A stretch of DNA of 64,000 nt, taken from NCBI RefSeq assembly GCF_006345805.1, contig NC_043004.1, positions 48,856,001-48,920,000 of the forward strand, in the 5' to 3' direction. Positions within the stretch are counted from its first letter, which is position 1. Each line of letters opens with the position of its first letter. Positions 26,853 through 38,935 of this stretch are shown here, in pieces. A program made the translations under genes and the position numbers. Source of the DNA: Octopus sinensis (taxonomy: Eukaryota). The notes beneath the pieces were generated by a model, which made no database searches, was not told the DNA's origin, and saw only the letters and a list, made by a program, of their open reading frames with translations.

Positions 26853-28818
26853 GGGTGCATGTATCGTTGTGCGTGCGACGTTGTTTGCCGCCGCTCTTTT
26901 CTCCCTCTTTTTTTTTCTATATATCAGTGGAAGAGTTTATTATTATAGTGAAGGGAGAAACGGTTCAGTCTAAGGCAAGAGGAAAGTGGTGGACGAGGGT
27001 ACAGGTGGAGAGATGATATGTGTGTGTGTGTGTGTCTGTGCGTGTGTGACGATGGCGAAGGCGTTAGCTGTTGAGTGTGTGGGAGATTGCGTGAGTGAAA
27101 GGGTGAGAGTGAGGGAGGCCGTAGTGGGGAAGGGGTAAAGGAAGCCGGGAATAATTGCGGGGACGGAGTGAAGGTGAGAGTGAGTGTAGTAAAGGAGTAG
27201 GTTGAGGTATTGAGTGTAGTGGGAGGGAGTGAGAGAAGCCGTAACTTTTTCTTAGTGGTGGCGGCGGTGGTGGTGGTGGTGGTGTGGTGGTGAAGAAAGC
27301 CGTAAGTGTAATTGGGGGATGTGAGGGAGGCCGTAAGTGTAGCGGGGGAGTGAAGGCGGCTGTGAGAGTAGTGGAGGGTAGTGAAGGGAGCCGTAAGTGT
27401 AATGGTGGTGGGTGGGGGATGCCGTGAGTGGAATCGGGAAGGGGAGTAAGTTGATGATAAATAGTAAAACAAATAAAATCTGCCTGTATGTTTTAGAGAT
27501 TAGGGGGAGGAGAAAAAGTGAAGTGGTGGGAGGAAGAGGAGTGAGTGAGTGAGAGAAGAATACAGAGTGAAGTAGGGAGGGAAATTATAGCTTATTGATG
27601 GAAAGAAAAGTCCAAGAGAGTGGCGAAGGGGAGAAATGGGGGGGGAAACAAAAGAAGGTAACGATGGGAGTAAGAGTAGGACGTGAGTGAAGGAGCGGGT
27701 CTGCTGAAAAATGGAGGGGAAGGCGTAGAGAAAGACATAGTAAAGGAGAGTGATATATAAATAAATGTGTATATATAATATATATACATACATAAACACA
27801 CACTCACCACACACACGCGCACATACATATATATATATATGTATATATATATGAGAGAGTTGAAGTAAAGTGTTTATTTGTCCATCAATGCTGTTGTCTA
27901 ATAGTAATTTGAAACTGAATATTTGCAAGTCTCATGACAGAAAACTATTGAGATGTTGGGTGGTCAGCCTCTTTCCTCCTCCTCCTCCTCCTTCCTCCCT
28001 CACAGCATGCCAGTCGTGCCTCTCTCTCTCTCTCTCTCCGTCTTTCCATCTTTCTCTACTCCAGCAACTCAAGTAAAGTCTGAACTTTTCGACCCCCCCT
28101 TCCTCCACCTCCTCCTTCCCTCCTGCGCCTCCTCTTCTTTCTCCTCCTCCTCCTAACCCATGTGAGAAAAACTTTGTTTTTCCTATTTGATCTTATTTCC
28201 CTGTTAACCCTCTCTCCCGCTTATATCTGAAATATTTTCCTCTCCTCTCCTCTCCGAAATACCAAAGTCAGGCCAAAACTGATGTATTTCCTCTCTCTCT
28301 CTCTCACACTTCCGTGTATTGCTCGTTATGTTTGCAGACACCGCTCACCGCCACTACCACCACCATTGCCGTAGTGCCGAATACCTCAGGGAGAGGTTGT
28401 TCAGTGATAATCAACGTATCATTGATTATCACATTAAAAGTGTAAGGCACTCAAATGTGCTGGTTTGTATATAATAAACCGTATAAATACTCATATACGA
28501 ATGAACACCCAGTGTGTGTGTGTGTAATCTTTTGCGCCTGGCGGCATCTTGAAGGATTTTGGTCAGTCATATCAACACCCCTGTAATTATTTTGAAGTTT
28601 GGTACTTAACATTCGCTGTTTGTCGAACTTCTACGTTACGGGACATAAAATGTTTTTCGAAGTGATATCGTCGTGGAGATACATATTCAAGAACACATCT
28701 CTTCCTTTCTCTCTCTCTCTCTCTCGCTGTACACACACACACCATGAACGCGCGCGCACACACATACGAATTGTTTCTGACATAGTCTGCTAGATTTTAC
28801 TCAAGACATTCTGATACT

Positions 28819-29244
28819 GGATCTTTTCGGTTTGAACGGCAGTTTTTAACATAATTTCTAGGTAACTGAAAAATTTTAAACTTCGTATACTGGTAGAATG
28901 TGTTTATAAAACATCTTTTTCTCTTGGCTTTATTGAGAAAATTCTATGGTTTGTAAGATATTTGTTGTTTTTTTCTTCAATTTCTGCAATTTCAACCAAT
29001 CAATGAAGTCTATTGAGGTAAAAACAAAAACATTCTGTGCCGTATGAATATATGCCCCTCGTTTAAGAAACAGATTGGGTTTATTTACATTTGTGAAGAA
29101 AAAAAGATACCCTTCCCCCCACCCCTAACCAACCCTAACCCTAAAACAGATTGAAATGCAATAGATCGATACTAGGGTCATAATTATGGGTGACAATTTC
29201 ATATGAAACCGCTAGAAAAACTGCCGTTCAAACCGAAAAGATCA
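28819..29244. mobile_element. Merlin-like MITE, copy 2
   Basis: Same TIRs as 72-489; flanks ctgatact / cagatact indicate an 8-bp TSD with one mismatch. Confidence 0.8.
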
Positions 29245-29584
29245 CAGATACTTATCTAAAACACCTTTATTTGTAATACTGAGCTGGAACCATGTGGTGA
29301 TAAGTTACCTGTTTAATCATACTGCTATATCTGTGCCAGTGTGTGTATGTGTATATGTTTGTTTTGTAGTAATTTTTTTTAAATGTATATATTTGCATCT
29401 ATACTAGTGGTCTCTAAGGTATGTAGAAGATACAGATATAATCCATTATAGTTTTATATTTATTTCATATCGCAGTTGATGAACATTATAATGTCAGATA
29501 CAAGTTCACCAATCAAATACTGTCATGGCATATCTGACGTTAAAAGAACTTAAATTGTTTTTTTCTGATTTGCATAACAGTGCA

Positions 29585-29979
29585 GGATCTTTTCGGTTTG
29601 AACGGCAGTTTTTTCTAGCGGTGTCATATGAAATTGTCACCTTAGTATCGATCTATTGCATTTCAATCTGTTATAGGGTTAGGGTTGGGGGTGGGGGATG
29701 GGTATCTTTTTTTCTTCACAAATGTAAATAAACCTAATCTATTTCTTAAACGAGGGACATATTCATATGGCACAGAATGTTTTTAACCTCAATAGACGTC
29801 ATTGATTGGTTGAAATTGAAGAAAAAAACAACAAATATCTTACAAACTATAGAATTTTCTCAATAAAGCCAAGAGAAAAAGATGTTTTATAAACACATTC
29901 TACCGGTATACGAAGTTTAAAATTTTTTAGTTACCTAGAGATTATAAAAAAAAAACTGCCGTTCAAACTGAAAAGATCC
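29585..29979. mobile_element. Merlin-like MITE, copy 3 (opposite orientation)
   Basis: Same TIRs; interior is the reverse complement of copy 2, including ttagggttaggg. Confidence 0.8.
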
Positions 29980-30032
29980 CTATTTTGCAAGTTTTGGTAA
30001 ACATCAATAGGAGCACTATACAGAGTAGTTTG

Positions 30033-30265
30033 TAGGCGGCGAGCTGGCAGACACGTTATCATGCCGGGCGAAATGCTTAACGGTATTTTGTCTGTTGTTA
30101 CATTCTGAGTTCAAATTCCGCTGAGGTTGACTTTGCCTTTCATCCTTTCGGGGTCGATAAATAAAGTACCAGTTTCACACTGGGGTCGATGTAATCTACT
30201 TAATCCGTTTGTCTGTCCTTGTTTGTCCCCTCTATGTTTAGCCCCTTGTGGGCAATAAAGAAATA
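30033..30265 (+). mobile_element. tRNA-derived SINE, family 2, with 16-bp TSD
   Basis: tatacagagtagtttg at 30017-30032 and 30266-30281; A-box/B-box-like head. Confidence 0.9.
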
Positions 30266-30487
30266 TATACAGAGTAGTTTGAAAACAAACCTATGGGATT
30301 GAATTTGAAATCATGTGATTGTAAAGTAAACTTTTTATGGTAGGAAACTTGCTTCTCAACCACGTGATTCCAGGTTCAGTTCCACTGCATGGCACCTTGG
30401 GCAAGTGTCTTCTACTATAGCCTCAAGCCTACCAAAGCCATACAAGGTGAATTCAGCTGACAGAAACTGGAAGAAGCCTGTTGTTTA

Positions 30488-31766
30488 CAGGGGTTGGACA
30501 AAATAATGGAAACACCTTAAAATTTCAAAGAAATTTATTTTAATATGGGTAGGACCACCTTTGGCAGCAATTACAGCTTGAATTCTATGAGGTATGGACT
30601 CGTACAAAGTTTGAATAGTTTCCAAAGGAATTTTTGTCCGTTCTTCAGCTAAAATAGTCTCCAGTTCTTGTACTGATGATGGTGGAGGATATCGACTCCT
30701 TACTTGTTTTCCTAGAATGCACCAAAAATGTTCAATAATATTGAGATCTGGGGACTGTGGTGGCCAGATAAGATGTTTAACTTCACTAGAATGTTCCTCG
30801 TGCCATTCAGTAACAACTTTAGCTGTGTGAATTGGTGCATTATCATACTGAAAGATTGCATTCCCCTCTGGAAACAGTTCCGCAACCATAGGATGAATTT
30901 GTTCAGATGAAATGCTTAAATAGACTTGACTATTAATTCTGCCATGAAGGGAAACCATTGGGCCGGTGGATTTCCAAGATATAGCCCCCCCCCTCCCCGG
31001 ATCATTACATCCTCCTCCATGTTTAACAGTTGAAAGAAGACAGTCTGGGTCGAATGTTTCTTTTGGCTGTCTCTACACGTATACTCGGCCAGTAGTCATA
31101 AATAAGGTAAAGGATGACTCGTCCAAGAAAATAACATTGTTCCACTGCTCTAGAGACCAATTCTGTAGGTTTTTACTCCACTCTAAATGCTTTGCAACAT
31201 TTGTTTTCGAAAATAGTGGTTTTCTGATTGCAGCCCTCCTGTGAAATCTGGCTTTGTGCAGCTCCCAGCAAGCAGTTTTTGTGGAAACTGAGTTCTTGAG
31301 GTGGTCATTAAGCCCTGCAGTAATTTTGGGAGCTGTACCTTTGTGATACCTTCTAACAATTTGCGTAAGAGTCCGACGTTCCCTATCTGAAAGTTTTGGT
31401 TTTCTTCCAGAGTTTTGTTTCGATGTGAAGGCTTTTCCTTCTCTCTGAAAGGCTGTCATTACTTTCGAGACAGTACTTCTTGATACACCAAACATTTTGA
31501 CTGTTTTCATTATGCTAGTGCCTGCCATATGAGCACCAACAGTTAGACCTCTTTGAAAGTCCGATAAATCTGTCATTTTAATGAATTTTAACTACCTTTT
31601 TTTGATGATATCTGAAAAGAAACAGCAATTTTAGCAAAACATATTAAGTAACACTAATAACAAATCAAAAATCATAAAAATTAACAAGCTTTTGATGGTT
31701 TTTATTGATATTTCAAAATCATGATGCTCTGATGCTAGGTGTTTCCATTATTTTGTCCAAACCCTA
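30488..31766 (-). mobile_element. Decayed Tc1 transposon
   Basis: TIRs caggggttggacaaaataatggaaacacct; MTDLSDFQRG..., VIFLDESSF, FQYDNAPIH, WPPQSPDLNIIEHFW; frameshifted. Confidence 0.95.
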
Positions 31767-32849
31767 AGAAGTAGAGCAGTCTTTTTTTTTTTTTCCTGGT
31801 GAAGGCTGAACTTTATGGAGAGGAGACCCAGGTAACCCCATAAACTAGCCTTCACCAGGAAAATATATATATATATATGTGTGTCTTTGCGTCTGTGTTT
31901 GTAACACCCATCACTGTCTGACAACCGGTGTTGATATGTTTACATCACTGTAACTTAGTGGTTCCCTAAAAGAGACCAATAGGCTTAAGAAATAAATCCT
32001 GGGTTCGATTTTGTCAACTAAACCCTTCACTGTCGTGCTCCAGCATGGCCATAGTCAAATGACTGAAGCAAGTAGAAGAACATGTTAGATTGTTACCTTC
32101 CACAGAATATAGTCAAAGATAAGCATATTACAAGTTACAACTTAGGTTAAAGATCTCAAATTTGTCTGAAGGTGTGTATGATAAGTCCATTGATTTCACC
32201 TCTGTACATGTCTGGTATCTATTGATCCCAGAGGAAATACAGGTAAAGTCAAAGAGGCAAGGAGCTAAATACTGCAAGAAACTCAGTGTGATGTATTTGT
32301 GTTTCTAGTGACTGACTTTGTGAAAATTATTAGAAAGAGACACAGGCAGAGCTGTATTGTTAAGAAAGTTGATTCCCAGCTACATGGTTTTGGGTTCAGT
32401 CCCACTGTGTGGCACCTTAGGCAAATGCCTTTTACTATAGCCCTGGCTCAACAAAAGTATTGTGAGTGGATTTGTTAGTGGAAACTGAGAGAAGTCTGTC
32501 GTATTCAGTAATATCTCACTTTACGAGACCCCTAGTTTACGAGTTTTATTTTTCAAGCACAAGATCCAAATTTTGAACAAAGTGTAAAAGTTTGTACTAC
32601 CATAACAAATGCTTCTTCATGTTACCGAGAAATTTATGGAGAGCGAAAAAAGATTTCTTCTAAGCAGACAACTCAAGACTTGTTTTTTCAAAAGAAATCT
32701 ACAGGTCAGTCTACGAGTGCTTGTGAATCGCTGATTGCATCTACAAGTGATGGTGTTCATCAGTCTAGTGTGAGTGAAAGTGATTCAGAAAACGATTATA
32801 ATAATATTTTTTATTATAAATGATTTCGACATTCTTTTTACTTTACATG

Positions 32850-34163
32850 AAAATCAAAATCAATATCGAAATCGATCAACATCAATGGAAATTGTAGCTG
32901 TGATACCAGTGCCGGTGGCACGTAAGAGAACCATCTGAAAGTGGCCGTTGCCAGCGCCGCCCTGACTGGCCTCCGTGCCGGTGGCATGTAAAAAGCACCA
33001 TCTGATCGTGGCCATTGCCAGCCTCGCCTGGCCTCCGTGCCGGTGGCACGTAAAAAGCACCATCTGATCGTGGCCATTGCCAGCCTCGCCTGGCCTCCGT
33101 GCCGGTGGCACGTAAAAAGCACCATCTGATCGTGGCCATTGCCAGCCTCGCCTGGCTGCCTCCGTCCGTGGCATGTAAAAAGCCACCATCTGATCGTGGC
33201 CATTGCCAGCCTCGCCTGGCCTCCGTGCCGGTGGCACGTAAAAGCACCATCTGATCGTGGCCATTGCCAGCCTCGCCTGGCCTCCGTGCCGGTGGCATGT
33301 AAAAAGCACCATCTGATCGTGGCCATTGCCAGCCTCGCCTGGCCTCCGTGCCGGTGGCATGTAAAAGCAACCATCTGATCGTGGCCATTGCCGCCTCGCC
33401 GGCCTCCCTCCTGTGCCGGTGGCACGTAAAAAGCACCATCTGATCGTGGCCATTGCCAGCCTCGCCTGGCCTCCGTGCCAGTGGCATGTAAAAAGCACCA
33501 TCTGATCGTGGCCATTGCCAGCCTCGCCTGGCCTCCGTGCCAGTGGCATGTAAAAAGCACCATCTGATCGTGGCCATTGCCACCTCGCCTGGCTCCGTGC
33601 CGGTGGCATGTAAAAAGCACCATCTGATCGTGGCCATTGCCAGCCTCGCCTGGCCTCCGTGCCGGTGGCACGTAAAAAGCACCATCTGATCGTGGCCATT
33701 GCCAGCCTCGCCTGGCCTCCGTGCCAGTGGCATGTAAAAAGCACCATCTGATCGTGGCCATTGCCAGCCTCGCCTGGCCTCCGTGCCGGTGGCATGTAAA
33801 AAGCACCATCTGATCGTGGCCATTGCCAGCCTCGCCTGGCCTCCGTGCCGGTGGCACGTAAAAAGCACCATCTGATCGTGGCCATTGCCAGCCTCGCCTG
33901 GCCTCCGTGCCAGTGGCAGGTAAAAAGCACCATCCTATTGTGGCCGTTTGCCAGCCTCGTCTGGCCCCTGTGCTTGTGACATGTAAAAAGCACCCACTAC
34001 ACTCACAGAGTGGTTGGCGTTAGGAAGGGCATCCAGCTATAGAAACACTGCCAGATCAGACTGGGCCTGGTGCAGCCTTCTGGCTTTCCAGACCCCAGTT
34101 GAACCGTCCAACCCATGCTAGCATGGAAAGTGGACGCTAAACGTTGATGATGATGATGATGAT
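32850..34163 (+). mobile_element. RTE LINE 3' UTR carrying an expanded tandem array
   Basis: Flanks match 54860-55200 and 37110-37458; (GAT)n tail. Confidence 0.8.
32971..33985. repeat. 62-bp GC-rich tandem array, ~16 units
   Basis: Unit ctccgtgccggtggcacgtaaaaagcaccatctgatcgtggccattgccagcctcgcctggc starts at 32971, 33033, 33095...; no spacers. Confidence 0.95.
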
Positions 34164-34694
34164 TGAAATATTCTTTACATTCTACTTTTGTTTTATTGCC
34201 ATTTATTTACAAGTTTTATAAATTTTATAGGTAAAATTCTTTTCTGGGAACAAATTACGATTTATAACATTGTTACTATGGGAAATTACTGCTCTGCTTT
34301 ATGAGTTTTCGCTTTATGTGTCTCGGGGCATTACTGTATATGTAAATATGTGTATGTATGTGTGTGGTGTCTACTTGTCTTGACATCATGTGATTTTTGT
34401 AAATTCATTTTAAATGAAATTTTTTTTTTGTAACTGAGTGTCACTGTGATTCAAGCAGTGTCGTTTATTTTCAATATCCTGTAAAAATAAATCTAGACAT
34501 GAGGAGATGTTACCTTGCATACAGACAAGTGAGGATTGGCTAAGGGAATAGCATCTGGCTGTGGAAAATCTACCTCAGTAAACTCTGTCTGTCCTGTGGA
34601 AGCTAAGGTGTGTGTGTGTCTGTATGTATGTGTATGTATGGTTTGGTCAAACAACCGATGAAATGCCTACCCTACATGCAGACTATGTACATAT

Positions 34695-35961
34695 CAGTGA
34701 GTGGGCTGAAAAGTTCAATGGCTGACTATGAAGGAATGATGCAGGAGCTGTGATATCTTGCATGCATTAATTTCAGCTCTTCTTTTCAATAACTGCATTG
34801 TTTCTTTCCAGTTAAATGGACATCTGACTGTCCAAAAGAGAGTTCGAAAGTAACTAGTAGTGACTTCTCTTGAAAACGGATGAAATTTGGCATCATGGTG
34901 TTCTCAAGTACCTGCAGAAAATGGCTTTATTCCCCAGGGACATTCATGCTGATATGGTTGCTACATTACAGAATGATGCTCCTTCTTTATCAACAGTGCA
35001 AAAATGGGCAGATGAATTTAGGAGAAGGGACAGTCTTGAATATAACGCAGGGTCTGGATATCCTGCAACTTCCACCACTGAAGAAAACCTTGATTGTGTT
35101 CACTACACGGTGATGGATGACGGGCAATTGACTATAAATCAAACAGCCAATTGCTGTTAGCATATCCCATGAGAGAGTTGACAACAAATTTGGCATGACG
35201 AAGATTTCTGTTTGGTGGGTGCCACATCTTCTGACATCTGGTCAAAAGTGCACCCAGCTGGTCACATCATGGAAAAATCTGACATTGTTTGAGGCAGATC
35301 CAGCTGGTTCATTTGAATGTTTCCTAAGCCAGGTTGAGCGATGGGTTCATCAGTTTGAAACGGTGACAAAGGGACAATCCATGCAGTAAAAACTCCTCTC
35401 CTCATGTGCTGCAAAGGAGGTCGAGGTTGTTTCATTTGCATGGAAGATGATGGCCTCAGTATTTTGGGATGGAAAAGGCATTGTGCTTATCGACTGTTTT
35501 CAAAAAGGCCACACTATCAATGGAGAGTACTATGCCAATTTGCTGAGGCAGTTCTGAAAGAGCCTGTGAAGACCAAACACCCAGGAAAACTGATGAAAGT
35601 GGTCTTGTTTCATCAGGACAATGATCTAGCACATAAGTCCTGCCTGCTGTTCATGGCTGTGGCTTTGAACTGGGTGATCAGCTACCCTATTCTCCTGATT
35701 TGGCTCCATTTGACTATCATCTGTGCCCCAAAAATGATAAAAACACTTGCCTAGGAACCAATATCACCATGACGATGATGATGTCATATCTGCTGTTATG
35801 ACTTTTTTGACCAACGGGATGAAAGCTTCAAACTCAATGGGATCCGACCACTGTGGCACCAATGGCAGAAGTATGTGGACAGCAGGGGGGGGGCTATGTT
35901 GAATAATAGATCTCATTTCATGAGAGTGTCTTGAGCTTATGAACTTTTCAGTTGACCCTCA
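34695..35961 (+). mobile_element. Decayed mariner transposon
   Basis: Degenerate TIRs around ctgaaaagttca; WWVPHLLT, HPGKLMKVVLFHQDN, SYPILL remnants. Confidence 0.85.
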
Positions 35962-36377
35962 TATATATTCATGCATACATTTGTATTTATATGTGTGAAA
36001 AAAATAAGAATACACACACATGCACATACATACATACATATGCTGACACACACACACATGCACACACACATATTTATTAATGCTATGTTTATAGTTATTG
36101 CTTAAAAGCTTTATGTTGACCAAGTGTTCTTCAGATGTTATCTTCCTTATAAGCATTTACTGTTTTATGAAGAGGGGTATTCTGTATAAAGATTTTACAC
36201 ACATCTCCATAAACACACACACACACTTATATGTATGTGTTTGTGTGTATGATATACAATGTATGTATTACCTATTCTTATTGCTTTTATTGATTTAAAT
36301 TTTTTTACTGAATGTTACGGTGGACAAAAAAAACTTTCTAGCTCTACTAAGGCTATACTTCACCCAACACATACTAC

Positions 36378-36560
36378 CATAAACTTTTCAATATACTCAA
36401 TGTTAAAGCCAGCTACTTTTGCCTGGACAACATCAGTTTCTATATTTCTCACTGTAATTATACCATGCCTACTCCAACCAGCAACTGTCGAAACATTAAC
36501 TTTTTCACCAGTGTAGATCAATGAATAATAAAAATTCCTCCATCCTAATTCATCTGGAAC
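36378..36560 (-). CDS. Candidate exon, unknown protein
   Basis: tttttggcttcag acceptor, 61 open codons VPDELGWRNFYYSL...IEKFM, weak gtagta donor; no family recognised. Confidence 0.25.
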
Positions 36561-37109
36561 CTGAAGCCAAAAATCTGAGCATTCTTCAACAGAATGGAAT
36601 GTTTTGGGGCTTTACACAACTCTGAAGTTCCAGATACTGAAGAAGTCAGCTTTATCTCTCAACATGAGGTCAGAAATATTCTCTAAATGTTGTCATTGGC
36701 ATAGATTTCTTGCAGACAGTTTGAAGGCACCTGAACTCTTCATGCCAAATGAAAAAAAAATCATAGTCTTGAACCCTTTAAGGTAGAAAGAGTAGCCTCC
36801 ACTCCTCATCTAGGACTGAAATGAACGAAACACAGAGAGACAGACAGACAGATATTTGATGTCCTTAAGTCAGGAAAAACAAGTCATGCTCAGAAAGAGA
36901 AATCAAGTGTTATACTTTTGTATTTTTGAGTAGTATATTCTTGGTTATGTCATGTAATCAGTCAGAATGTAATCAGACAGTTCCGTGCCAGTTATTGCCA
37001 AGTACACAAAACCATTAGTCTCATTCTGAAAGATTACATGCTATAACCAGGAATCCACTGTTCAGCAATACATATGTGTATATAATATATATATATATAT
37101 ATATATATT

Positions 37110-37458
37110 CGAAATCTTTCAACATCAATGGAAATTGTAGCTGAGATACCAGTGCCGGTGGCACGTAAGAGAACCATCCGAACGTGGCCGTTGCCAGCGC
37201 CGTCCCGACTGGCCTCCGTGCCAGTGACACGTAAAAAGCACCATCCTATCGTGGCCGTTTGCCAGCCTCGTCTGGTCCCTGTGCAGGTGGCACGTAAAAA
37301 GCATCCACTACACTCTCGGAGTGGTTGGCGTTAGGAAAAGCATCCAGCTGTAGAAACACTGCCAGATCAGACTGGAGCCTGGTGCAGCCTTCTGGCTTCC
37401 CAGACCCCAGTTGAACCGTCCAACCCATGCTAGCATGGAAAGCGGATGATGATGATGA
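37110..37458 (+). mobile_element. RTE LINE 3' UTR fragment
   Basis: Same sequence as the flanks of the 62-bp array, with only ~2 related units. Confidence 0.75.
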
Positions 37459-37879
37459 CTCTCCCATTGTTAGACAATGTATGAGGATTTGGCAATTTCT
37501 TACCGAACAACCACACAGTGATCAACTGTTTGTGTAGACATAAGCTCACTCCTTCCATCAGATCGACAATACCTGTACAGGTGCAACGGAGGCTACTTGT
37601 CAGATGTCAATATGAAGTGCTTTGCTCAAGAATACAATGCAACGCCTGGTCTGGGAATCGAACCCATGATCTCACAATTGTGGGTGCAGCATCTTAACCA
37701 CTAAGCCACGCACCTTCACATATACGTATATACATACACATATACGTATATACATACACATATATGTATATACATGTATCAAACTCCATTGGTTACTATG
37801 ACGAGGGTTCCAGTTGATCTGATCAACAGAACAGCCTGCTCGTGAAATTAATGTGCAAGTGGCTGAGCACTCCAGACAT

Positions 37880-38098
37880 ACTCTTTTACTTGTTTCAGTC
37901 ACATGACTGTGGCCATGCTGGAGCACCGACTTTAGTCGAGCAAATCGACCCCAGGACTTATTCTTTGTAAGCCTAGTACTTATACTATCAGTCTCTTTTG
38001 CCAAACCGCTACGTTACGGGGACGTAAATACACCAGCATCGGTTGTCAAGCAATGTTGGGGGAACAAACACAGATGCACAAACATATACACACACATA

Positions 38099-38167
<69 letters not shown>

Positions 38168-38335
38168 TATACGATGGGCTTCTTTCAGTTTCCATCTACC
38201 AAATCCACTCACAAGGCTTTGGTTGGCCTGAGGCTATAGTAGAAGACACTTGCCCAAGGTGCAATGCAGTGGGACTGAACCTGGAATCATGTGGTTGGTA
38301 AGCAAGCTACTTACCACACAGCCACTCCTACGTCT
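37880..38335 (-). mobile_element. tRNA-derived SINE, family 1
   Basis: Full-length reverse copy with a long (TA)n. Confidence 0.85.
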
Positions 38336-38351
38336 ATAAAAATGATGAAGG

Positions 38352-38394
38352 ACCTTAATCGATTTTTGAACCTTATTGGATTCTCATCAGAGGT
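38352..38394 (-). ncRNA. Hammerhead motif with a single core substitution
   Basis: Minus: acct CTGATGA gaat-ccaataag-gttc AAAA atcgat TA aggt; palindromic stem III AATCGATT; G12 is A. Confidence 0.6.
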
Positions 38395-38935
38395 GTCTAC
38401 ATCAGGGAGATTCAGCATGACACAGAATGTGACATAGCTGACCCTTTGAAATACAGGTGCTACTCATTTTTACCAGCTGAGTGGACTGGAGCAATGTGAA
38501 ATAAAGTGTCTTGCTCAAGGACATTACACACTGCTGGAAATCAAACTCACAGCCTTATGGTTGTGAGCCCAATACCCTAACCACTAAGTCATGTGCCTTC
38601 ACAGGTATATATCATCATCATCACCATTATCATCCTTTTAATTATTTTAATTTTCATTTTTCCATGCCTGTGTGGGGTGGATGAGACTACATTGCAGCCA
38701 AGTTTCTTATGGCGTGATGCCCTTTCTGATGTCAGCCCTCACTTGTTGTTAAGTGAGGCAATAATCTATTGAACAACTGGAAACAAAGAGACAAACAGCT
38801 GTGTGAATGAACTTTTGCTTACAATTACCATGCAATATGTCAAGATATATCACGACTGGCTTGTGCAGCAGACTGCAAGAGAAGATGCCCCTCTGTATAA
38901 GCAACTGAGTTCTTTGTTAATAATAAGTGAACACA

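Larger units (their letters stand above)
32506..34336. mobile_element. Tigger/pogo-like non-autonomous element interrupted by an RTE 3' fragment
   Basis: Ends cagtaatatctcactttacgag ... tctcggggcattactg-ta. Confidence 0.5.

Noticed and set aside
32971-33985. CRISPR-like array
   Set aside because: Units are contiguous with no unique spacers; eukaryotic context and no cas genes
32838-33993. Three overlapping 329-377 aa ORFs
   Set aside because: Products of a stop-poor 62-bp tandem array inside a LINE 3' UTR
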